NCBI GenBank assembly: GCA_963818475.1
Contig: CAWFSF010000006.1
Span: 1,216,001-1,280,000 of the forward strand
Direction: 5' to 3'
DNA from: Nitrospirota bacterium
Lineage (GTDB): Bacteria; Nitrospirota; UBA9217
Length of the DNA: 64,000 nt
The position numbers were made by a program, and so were the translations under genes. The notes under the pieces are model-generated. The model saw only the letters and a list, made by a program, of their open reading frames with translations, had not been told where the DNA came from and searched no databases. Below, piece by piece: positions 42,967 through 51,197 of the stretch. Numbering within the stretch: the first letter of the stretch is position 1; each line of letters begins with the position of its first letter.

Positions 42967-45675
42967 TCAATTCACCTTCAACGATACAAACGCTGTCTTC
43001 ACTGTGCCGTCATCGAGCGTTGCCTGGATCTGCCACGTCCCTTCGGACAGGCCGTCCGTGCCCAGATTGTAGATGTACTGGTTGTCCGTTGCGTCGTACC
43101 GGAACGTATTCCCCGTGTCCGCGCCGCCCGTAGAAGTAACGTCGATCGGATCGCCCGCGGGCTGGTCGGCAGAGAACAACTGGACCGTGATGGTTGCCGT
43201 TGCCGTGACTAGATACGTCCCGCTCGCGTCAGTGAGCTGGAACTTAACCGGTATGGTGCTCCCCAGCCTGAAGGGCCTGTCGAGGCTGACCGGCGTGAAG
43301 AAGCCGCTGAAGGCGTAGACAACGCTGTACGATGCAGAGGCAGAAGCGGTATTCCCGGCCAGGTCCGAAGCGGTCACGATGTATGTGTATACACCCACGC
43401 CGTTCGCATTTCCGCCCGAGAGCGTAGCATTCTGGCTTGCCACGCCGGAGAGATTGTCCGTTGCCGTATAACCGGGCGTCGGGGCCGCGCCGAGCGTGTA
43501 CGATGCTCCGTCGGTGATGCCGGTAATCGTTATCGCTGGCGGCGTTTTATCTATGCTCACGGATACGCTGTGCGCTGTCTCTGTGTTTCCGGCGTTATCA
43601 ACGGCATAATAGCTTACCGTATGACTGCCGTCCGTGGTCAAACTCACGGGCGCGGAGCTGCCAGCCGCCACGACCTCAGCGCCTCCGTCCACGGTGTAAT
43701 GTATCTCCTTTACGCCTGAGCCTGTGTCGGTAGCAGTCAGCGATATTGCAACGTTAGAGACGTACCAGCCGCTATTGCCGACTGTGCCGCTTATTGAATG
43801 AGTCGTGACCGGCGATTGAGTATCCGCACTGCTATAGCCTTCAAAGACCTGGATTCTGTGATTGTAAGTATCAGCTACAAACACCTTTGCATGGGAATCC
43901 ACAGCTACGCCCATGGGATCGCGGAGCTGACCGTCGCCAATGCCGTATGCTCCGATTCTCCCTAAAAACGTCCCACTGTTGCGAAATACATGTATAGAAT
44001 TATATCCGTAATCAGCTACATACACATTTCCACTTTCATCCACGGATATCCCGCTTGGTGACGCAAATAGATTATACTTATATGTTCCCCATTTTCTCAA
44101 AAAAATCCCTGTACTACTAAAAACCTGCACAGTGCCGTTTCCAATCTCTGTCACATACACATTACCAGTGCTATCTACTGCTATCCCAGCGGGATAATTA
44201 AATTGGCTATCGCCAGAACCTCGTGATCCCCATTTTCTTAGGAATGTTCCTGTATTACTGAAGACCTGTACTCTGTCGTTAACGCATTCTGTCACATACA
44301 CATTTCCACTCCCATCCACTGCTATGCCATATGGGCCAGACAACTGGCCATCGCCAGTTCCATAGGTACCCCACTTTCTCAAGAATGTTCCTGTACTGCT
44401 GAAAACTTGTACATTGTTGTCGCCGATATCTGTTACATACACATTCCCTTGTGAGTCTATGGCTATGCCATTAGGAGAACGAAACTGCCCATTACCAGTG
44501 CCAAACCCACCCCATACTCTTAAGAAGTCTCCTGTTCTGCTGAAAACCTGGATTCTATAATTCTTTGAATCAATAACATATACATTTCCGTTTACATCCA
44601 ACGCTATGCTGCGTGGATATCCAAAGAAACCAAGCCCAGATTGATATGAGTTCCATTTGCTAAGGAACACCCCTGAACTGCTGAAAACCTGCATCCTGGT
44701 GTTCCAAGAATCTGCTACATGCACATTTCCGCCGGAATCCACGGCTATACCTTGAGGATAAGAAAACTGACCATCTCCATTACCCTGTGAACCCCATTTT
44801 CTCAGGAATGTCCCAGTGTTACTAAAAACTGTTATCCTGTTGCTGGTGATATCAGGAACATACACGTTTCCGTATCTATCCACTGCTAATGCTAATGGCC
44901 AATTAAACTGACCATCGCCTGAACCAGGTGCCCCCCATTTCCGCAGGAAAGTCCCTGTGCTGTCGAAAACCTGTATTCTATTGTTGTATGTATCAGCTAC
45001 ATACACATTTCCACTTGAATCCAGTGCCAAGGCCCGAGGATTATAAAACTGACCATCGCCTGAGCCCTTTGTCCCCCATTTTCCCAAGAAGGTCCCTGTG
45101 CTGTCAAAAACCTGTATTCTATTGTTGCTGAAATCGGCCACATACACATGTCCGCTTGAATCAACTGCTATGCCGGATGGACAACTAAACTGACCATCGC
45201 CTGAGCCATATGTCCCCCATTTTCCCAAGAAGGTCCCGGTGCTGTCAAAAACCTGTATTCTACTGTTTCCGAAATCAGCCACATACACATGTCCGTTCCC
45301 ATCAAGGGCTAAACCATTTATAGACTCAAACTGACCGTTTCCTGAACCACGTGTCCCCCATTTTCTAATAAATGTCCCCGTCTTGCTAAAAACATATACG
45401 CTGGAGTTGCCGTCGAATGTATATATATTATCGGCTGAATCCATAGAGATGTCTAAGGGAGTGTAGAAATTATACTCTCCGCCCCACTTATATAGGAAAT
45501 CACCCAAAGCAGCGTGAGCGGGCAAGGCGGTGAAGAGGGTGAATAACAGAATGGTGATCGTGAGAATAAAAAATAGAATATATTTATCGTAGCGCTCTCG
45601 TTTAGCGGGAGCGATCAAGACGTGTTCGTCGGGAGTAAATCCCGACGCTACATTATGGCATGTGCTGGTCATCAT
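42967..45675 (-). CDS. Secreted NHL-repeat protein (12 repeats) with Ig-like domains and C-terminal PxKF domain
   Basis: Signal peptide ending LPAHA-A; 12 repeats of about 47 aa, GxFxxKWG..G.GDGQF..P.GIAVD..GNVYV.D..N.RIQVF; TIPVKFQL motif near the C-terminus; ATGA overlap with the upstream gene. Confidence 0.88.
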   Translation of the reverse strand: MMTSTCHNVASGFTPDEHVLIAPAKRERYDKYILFFILTITILLFTLFTALPAHAALGDFLYKWGGEYNFYTPLDISMDSADNIYTFDGNSSVYVFSKTGTFIRKWGTRGSGNGQFESINGLALDGNGHVYVADFGNSRIQVFDSTGTFLGKWGTYGSGDGQFSCPSGIAVDSSGHVYVADFSNNRIQVFDSTGTFLGKWGTKGSGDGQFYNPRALALDSSGNVYVADTYNNRIQVFDSTGTFLRKWGAPGSGDGQFNWPLALAVDRYGNVYVPDITSNRITVFSNTGTFLRKWGSQGNGDGQFSYPQGIAVDSGGNVHVADSWNTRMQVFSSSGVFLSKWNSYQSGLGFFGYPRSIALDVNGNVYVIDSKNYRIQVFSRTGDFLRVWGGFGTGNGQFRSPNGIAIDSQGNVYVTDIGDNNVQVFSSTGTFLRKWGTYGTGDGQLSGPYGIAVDGSGNVYVTECVNDRVQVFSNTGTFLRKWGSRGSGDSQFNYPAGIAVDSTGNVYVTEIGNGTVQVFSSTGIFLRKWGTYKYNLFASPSGISVDESGNVYVADYGYNSIHVFRNSGTFLGRIGAYGIGDGQLRDPMGVAVDSHAKVFVADTYNHRIQVFEGYSSADTQSPVTTHSISGTVGNSGWYVSNVAISLTATDTGSGVKEIHYTVDGGAEVVAAGSSAPVSLTTDGSHTVSYYAVDNAGNTETAHSVSVSIDKTPPAITITGITDGASYTLGAAPTPGYTATDNLSGVASQNATLSGGNANGVGVYTYIVTASDLAGNTASASASYSVVYAFSGFFTPVSLDRPFRLGSTIPVKFQLTDASGTYLVTATATITVQLFSADQPAGDPIDVTSTGGADTGNTFRYDATDNQYIYNLGTDGLSEGTWQIQATLDDGTVKTAFVSLKVN
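45589..45651. repeat. REP doublet inside the NHL gene 5' coding region
   Basis: GTAGCGCTCTCGTTTAGCGGGAGCG (+) and GTAGCGTCGGGATTTACTCCCGACGAA (-); 63 bp. Confidence 0.88.
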
Positions 45676-46087
45676 AGCGTACCCCCCTGAGCTGAAGTCG
45701 CGGGGAATTCGAGCAAATTGCCGTTGCTGTCCGTGCATGTGCCAGCCCAGAAAAGGGGTTGCTTCCTGAATTCAGATTCGTTCAGGAGCATGGGAGTCGT
45801 GATCGTGAAAGGAATCTGTACTTCTGCCTGGGGATTCGAGAGCTGCGATGTTCAAGATTATTTGCTCCGTGCTGATAACCATAAGCGGAACATTGGACAG
45901 GATGACATTGGAGATGCTGCCGGCGTTCAGCGTTCTTGACAGTGAGGTTGTAGCTGAGAGTTACCGAGTCCGTACCCATGGTGTAGCCGGTCAGGGTGTG
46001 ACTCACTGAAACCGGCGGTTCGGCCCATGCCATACTTGCTGGTATGAGCCAGCCTAAAAACAGTAATGCAGCAAATCTTTTCCTCAT
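45672..46087 (-). CDS. Small secreted beta-rich hypothetical protein (frameshift near 45925)
   Basis: MRKRFAALLFLGWLIPASMAWA-EPPVSV...; continues in another frame as SISNVILSNVPL...FWAGTCTDSNGNLLEFPATSAQGGTL*. Confidence 0.7.
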
Positions 46088-46164
46088 GTTGCCCCCTTTA
46101 AGATGCAGCATAATGATCGGGCCTTCGGCACGCGCCTGAAGTGCGCTTGCTAATTTGATGTGGG

Positions 46165-46212
46165 ATTGTAAATGATTTTTTGTGCGTTGTCACCTGTCAG
46201 AACTGACAGGTG
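46165..46212 (-). promoter_or_regulatory. Sigma70 promoter with a lux-box-like operator abutting the -35
   Basis: Palindrome CACCTGTCAG-AA-CTGACAGGTG (46191-46212); minus-strand -35 GTGACA (46193-46188), 17 bp spacer, -10 TACAAT (46170-46165). Confidence 0.7.
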
Positions 46213-46249
46213 CCTTCAGAAAATATTTTTTTCGATTAACGGCTGTTTT

Positions 46250-46362
46250 GTAGCGTCCCCCGTTTATCGGGGGCGGTAGAATCTATTGAAATTCGTCCGG
46301 GATAAACCCGGACGCTACGAAATGCAAAAAATCTGTTCGTCGGGGATGAATCCCGACGTTAT
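46250..46362. repeat. REP cluster at the 3' end of the RAYT gene
   Basis: A 46250-46275 (+); B 46292-46318 (-, GTAGCGTCCGGGTTTATCCCGGACGAA); degenerate B 46336-46362 (-). Confidence 0.88.
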
Positions 46363-46877
46363 AAATACGACTTCGTAACCTCTTCAAAGCATCTGCTGTA
46401 CGGATAATCCTCGGGGCTCGCGGCTAAACCCTTTCTCACCGGGTTGTTCAAAACGTATTGAATGATTGTTTTCAAATCCTCGCCTGCCCTGATCACATGA
46501 TCATAGGCAGATTTCTGCCAGAGTTTGCTTATGCCGAATCGCTTTCTGAACACCGCTGTTGTCCTGCCTTTGAAGATATTCAGGAACTTCGACAAAGCGA
46601 CGCCCGAATCCCCGGATGAAACGATTACATGCAGGTGGTCCGGCATGAGGCAATAACAGAGCATCTTGTATTCGAGGTCTTGTGCCGCTTTGAAAAATTC
46701 CGCAATTATCGCCTCCGCCTCGACGTCGTGCCCGAATACGGATTTTTTATCGTGAACGCAGATTATCAGATGTACGGGGTGGTCATCGGCATAATCATAA
46801 TCAGGCAAACGATTGACACGGCTCTTGCCCCAGGTTTTGTAATCTTTACCCGACGGTTTTGTCTTGGAATTATTCAT
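46359..46877 (-). mobile_element. rayT: REP-associated tyrosine (HUH, Y1) transposase RAYT
   Basis: RLPDYDY, YCLMPDHLH (HUH), FKGRT, LWQKSAYDHVIR, YVLNNPVRKGL...YPYS; REPs on both sides. Confidence 0.9.
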
Positions 46878-46881
46878 AATC

Positions 46882-47260
46882 GTAGCGCCCTCGTTTATCG
46901 GGGGCGAAAGCATTCGTCGAGATATACAGCATGAACCGTAGCGTCACCGTTTACGGGTACGACTAACACATGATCGGTGTTCGTCGTGGATAAACCCCGA
47001 CGTTATAAAATACTTTTGCGAATGGTAAAGCCAAGGCCTACTATAAGGGTATTCAATCAGGCTTACAATGCCCCGAGCGGGATAGTTTGGGGTAGTGCGG
47101 ATAATAGCAGTTAGTTGCAAAGGCAGTCATGCAGGTCAATAAAAGTCACATTCCAACGTTTCGTAATTAATATAAATAGCACGACACCTGATGTTTTGCG
47201 CCCCCGATAAACGAGGGCGCTACGTACGTAGCCTGTAGCGTCGGAGTCTATCCTCGACGA
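46882..47260. repeat. REP cluster at the 5' end of the RAYT gene
   Basis: A 46882-46906 (+) and an identical inverted copy 47199-47223; degenerate A 46938-46961; B 46980-47006 (-); B 47235-47260 (+). Confidence 0.88.
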
Positions 47261-47396
47261 TCATAATTAGAGTTCTGAAACAGATCCAGATTAATATGTC
47301 AATAAGATTTTGAGATAAGATGAATGAACAACTACGTTGTAGTTTAAAAGGGTGATAAGCAATTAAAGAGCAGTAAAACCGGGGGTGAGGATAGAG

Positions 47397-47435
47397 CTGC
47401 CCTGTCTCCGCTTACAGGCTGAAGAGACAGGGCAG
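47397..47435 (-). terminator. Hairpin downstream of the cytochrome gene
   Basis: CTGCCCTGTCTC...GAGACAGGGCAG, 12-bp stem with a large loop and no clear U-tract. Confidence 0.45.
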
Positions 47436-47463
47436 GTGTAGGACGCAAAAGGGGAAGCCTTAC

Positions 47464-49516
47464 CTATTGATGGCAGCCAGTAACCGTCTGGCAATCCACA
47501 TTTTTATTAGCCGAACCGTGAGCGTACCCCCGGGAGGCAGGTAGGCCCGATACCGATCCTGAAATAAGAGCAGGACCGTTCGCCGGCTCATACCAGTTTC
47601 TATTTAAGTGCGATGCATCGTCTCCCTGCATTACAATCATGCCTTTTCTGTTCCACCCATGCGGTGTGCGGACATGACAATTAACGCAGCGATATGCGAA
47701 TTGCGATGTTGAACTAGAGGTGCTATAGAGGTAGTGCTGCGTATGAAGGTTTGTGCCACCGGTCGTATAAAAACCAGTATTATTTGCTCCACCGCCCGTG
47801 GAATAGGTATTCGGGTCGTGGCATTGAAGGCAAAGCGTGCCGTTTGCGTCATTTGGACTAGTTTTCGGAGTGGCATATTCATCATAATACAGATACGGCA
47901 ATATGTATTTGTTTGTGGAACCGTGTGGGCCCTGAGGCCTGCTTAAGCTTTCTTTCGTGTGGCAGTCAGAACAGTACATGAGCTGGCTGCCAGTGTTCCA
48001 CCCGTTAACCATTGCACCCCAAGTATTGGTGTTGCCGGTGACAACGGGATGGAATGATCCATTAGAATTATTATTATTAAATTCTTTAGACTGGTCCGAC
48101 ATCTGTTGAGAAACTGTGAATGCATTCGGAAAAGTGCCCCCTCCCGATGCAAAATAAGAATGACATTTGAAACAGATTTCGTATTCCTTAACCGGTGTTG
48201 AACCCCAGGTCGTGCTTGATGTCGCGCCGAGTGGTTCAACCGGGCCATATGAAGTGGGTGCGGACCAACTGCCCGAAGGATATCCGCCCGATACACTTAC
48301 ATATGCAACCCCATAAAGCGCACTGGTGGTACTGATCGTGTTCGTCCCCTGCGTATGGACGCCGCTTCCGGCAGTATGAGAATTATGACAATCCGCGCAC
48401 TCTACATGCCATACAGAAGATGACCAGCCATTCTGGGTGCCGGATTTCACTTCGATGGATTTATGTTTATCGTCATAATTGCTATTATTCATATCATGGC
48501 GTGACGTACTGGACAACTCAGGTTTAATCAATCTTCGACCGGAAGGAGCATTGCTACCATGGCATGCAGCTACATTTTGCTGCCCAAATCTGTCATTATC
48601 ATTAAAGCAGCTTGCCTCTTCCTGAAACGACAGCAAGTACTTTCCAGACGTGGGATTCGGAGTTGTAGGATCAGCGGCCGTTACGCCCGACTTGTGCGGA
48701 AAGTGGCAGTTCATACATTTTACATCGCCGACATTGGGACCGTGATTGGCCGGATTGCCGCCGGCAGTGGGCGCCCCGGTCGGCGGAGCATAAGCGACAG
48801 TAGCGGCATCATGTATGCTCCCGCTGAACTCTTCTTTAAGATGGCACAGCAAACAGAGTGCCGAATTCTGATTCGATTTCGACCAGAAAGTTCCCCCACT
48901 GATTGTCATGCGGATTATGGCACGAGGTGCATTCCACATAATCAGAGCCAGCTTTGCTATACAGCTTGATTTGTGGACCGGTTTGAAGTTCAGGATCTTT
49001 ACCCGCGTCATACCGGATAGCAACCGGATGGTCATCGTTAAGATCCCTACCTATATACCCGGCAGCTGCCTGAGGCATCAAATTGGTGCCTGCAGTCCCC
49101 TCCATGGTGATTTCACCTGATTCGACCTTGTTCGGCAGGTTAACCAGGGAGCCCAGCGCAATGGTCCCGTCATGGCACGAGAGGCAGATGCTGGTATTGG
49201 CATGGGTTTTAGGATCATCAGCAGCGTAGTATAACAATCCAGCCATCACGTCGCTGGTGTAGGTGACGTAGGTCTCGAGCGAAGCAGTCTTGTTCCAAAG
49301 CTGGGCCTGGGTGTTGCCGCCGTGAGGAGTGTGGCAGAAAACGCAGATCTCTGTTGTTCCACTTGTAGCGTCAGAAATGGACTTGATGGAGCCGGTTCCG
49401 CTCGTTGAAAGGTTATGCTTTGAATTCTGGACCTTTACCGGCGCTGCATTGGTCAGCCATGCGGCCCACAGGGTCAGGAAAGAGAATAGAATAATGAATA
49501 AAACAAAACGTTTCAT
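47464..49516 (-). CDS. Secreted multiheme cytochrome c (about 683 aa, one frameshift near 48880) with OmcE-like N-terminal tetraheme domain
   Basis: Signal peptide; 10 CxxCH motifs (CVFCH, CLSCH, CTSCH, CLLCH, CMNCH, CADCH, CFKCH, CSDCH, CLQCH, CVNCH) plus CX14CH and a terminal CX5CH. Confidence 0.88.
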
Positions 49517-49549
49517 GCGATCACCTCATCGATCATGGTCCGGGGCTCC

Positions 49550-50599
49550 TCAGTTGGCTTGCTGCAGGTACTGAAACATCTGAACGCGGTAGTTGTAACT
49601 GTCCGCGACATATAAACGGTCCTTGCTGTCAAGGTAGAGCCCGGCCGGTATATCGAACTCACCGGCGCCGATGCCGTTCCGTCCGAAAATGAGGAGCAGC
49701 CGTCCGTCACGGTCGAATATCTGCACGCTGTTCCTGACGCCGTCCGATACCCAGATGTGCCCCTCACTGTCCACGGCAATGCCTTTCGGCTTTATAAATG
49801 ACCCGATGGCCGTGCCGGTACTGCCGAATCCGGTCAGGTGCTTTCCCGTCTTATCGAATATCTGCACGCGGAAATTAAGCGCATCCATGACATAGAGGTC
49901 GCCGGCCTTGTCGACCGCAATATGGGTCGGGTAGTTGAACTCACCGCTCCCGGTTCCCCTTTTGCCGAAGGAGCCGGTCTTTTTTCCTTCGAGGTCATAG
50001 ATGTCGACGCGATGTCCCGTGGTATCCACGACGTAGAGCAGCTTTTCCTTTTTATTGATCGCAATGCCCGTAGGCCTGAGCATGCTGTCATCGCCGATGA
50101 TACGTTTGTTCTTTCTGCCGCTGTACACGAAGACCCTGCGCAGCGCTGAATCAGTAATATAGAGCAGGCCATCGGCGTCCAGTGCCGCGCCGATGGGAGA
50201 AGCAAGCGGCCCCATTTTGGTCATGTTGAACTTGTCGTATTTCTTTTTCTCAAAATCAAAGAAATGGATGCATGCCCCGCCCCAGTCAGCGACATAAACC
50301 TTGCCCTCACCGTCGGCCACCAGGCCGTGAGGCGACACGATGCGGTCAACCGTATCCTCGCCGGCGATGAATTCCCACACCCGGGCAAAAAATCCCTTCT
50401 TAATACCGAGGTCCTGGGGTGTTATGATCGTTCTGATGAATTGTACACGGGGCTTTTCAGGTGCGAGTGGCCACACCCACGGCTGGGCTGATGCCTGCGG
50501 CTGGGAATTGACAGCGCCCTGAACGGGCAATGCCGGGGAGACGATCGCGAACGCAAGAGCAAGAGCACATGCGGTTATGAAGAGCTGATATTTTTTCAT
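49550..50599 (-). CDS. Secreted NHL six-bladed beta-propeller protein
   Basis: Signal peptide, WVWPLAPEKPRVQF, NHL repeats (GEFNYPTHIAVD, FIKPKGIAVDSEGHI, VADSYNYRVQMF). Confidence 0.88.
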   Translation of the reverse strand: MKKYQLFITACALALAFAIVSPALPVQGAVNSQPQASAQPWVWPLAPEKPRVQFIRTIITPQDLGIKKGFFARVWEFIAGEDTVDRIVSPHGLVADGEGKVYVADWGGACIHFFDFEKKKYDKFNMTKMGPLASPIGAALDADGLLYITDSALRRVFVYSGRKNKRIIGDDSMLRPTGIAINKKEKLLYVVDTTGHRVDIYDLEGKKTGSFGKRGTGSGEFNYPTHIAVDKAGDLYVMDALNFRVQIFDKTGKHLTGFGSTGTAIGSFIKPKGIAVDSEGHIWVSDGVRNSVQIFDRDGRLLLIFGRNGIGAGEFDIPAGLYLDSKDRLYVADSYNYRVQMFQYLQQAN

Positions 50600-50639
50600 G
50601 ACCGGATGCGGACAGTTATAACATTCCTTCCCCGTGAAG

Positions 50640-50945
50640 TCAACCCAGAAGCGCAGTGGGGTGCTGCGATCCTTCCTCATGCTGATGGCGGGGATGATTA
50701 GGATTCTCCAGGACCCGGTCGATCGCTTCCACCACGGCTGACTCCACCATCACCCAGGGAGAACCGACTTCCCCGTCGTGGTCGATCTCGACATAGTAGT
50801 GAGGGGGAAGGTAGTTCAGCGCGATCGCCGCTATATCGTTCACGCAGCGCGGGCAACCGCAGACATTCTTATAGCGCTCATTAAGATATTTGCCCATCAC
50901 GGCAACTACGCGCTCATAATTTGCATTTGTTACTTTACAGTCCAT
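50640..50945 (-). CDS. ComFB-family protein (putative cyclic-dinucleotide receptor)
   Basis: N..E..V, CGCPRC..DIAAIALNYLPPHY, A...V..NP.H family motifs. Confidence 0.85.
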   Translation of the reverse strand: MDCKVTNANYERVVAVMGKYLNERYKNVCGCPRCVNDIAAIALNYLPPHYYVEIDHDGEVGSPWVMVESAVVEAIDRVLENPNHPRHQHEEGSQHPTALLG

Positions 50946-50983
50946 TGATCACCCAGTAATAAAATTTTTCTACTGAATTAATT

Positions 50984-51000
50984 TGCAATAAACATACCAA
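50984..51000 (-). promoter_or_regulatory. Sigma54 (-24/-12) promoter
   Basis: TTGGTATGTTTATTGCA (GG-N10-GC) about 40 nt upstream of the ComFB start. Confidence 0.72.
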
Positions 51001-51025
51001 GCTTGCATCGGTTTTTTTCTTTATA

Positions 51026-51038
51026 TATCAATGAATTG
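51026..51038 (+). promoter_or_regulatory. IHF-binding site
   Basis: TATCAATGAATTG matches WATCAANNNNTTR, with a T-tract 5' of it, just upstream of the sigma54 site. Confidence 0.6.
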
Positions 51039-51197
51039 AATGACATATTCATAGAACTGTAAACTCTTATTTTGAGCGATTATGAGCATTGAGCGAAAAC
51101 CACCATTTTATAAATAATTCATACTAGTGAATCAACCCCGATAAGCTACTTTGATAACCATTGTGTTTGTCCATAACTTAGGCTATACTTTCTCGCT

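Noticed and set aside
43830-45520. Diversity-generating retroelement target
   Set aside because: No reverse transcriptase or separate template repeat; the repeats are in-frame tandem NHL units.
46250-47260. CRISPR array
   Set aside because: Repeats alternate in orientation and variant, spacing is irregular, no cas genes are present, and the GTAG-hairpin form next to a RAYT fits REPs.
47015-47462. c-di-GMP/cGAMP (GEMM-I) riboswitch
   Set aside because: Only fragments (AAAGCC..GGCCTA, GACGCAAA) are present, not in the required order or stems, and not in a 5' leader orientation.
48860-48900. Programmed frameshift producing short and long cytochrome forms
   Set aside because: No slippery heptamer, the break would cut off heme 4 of the OmcE-like domain, and the background indel rate explains it.
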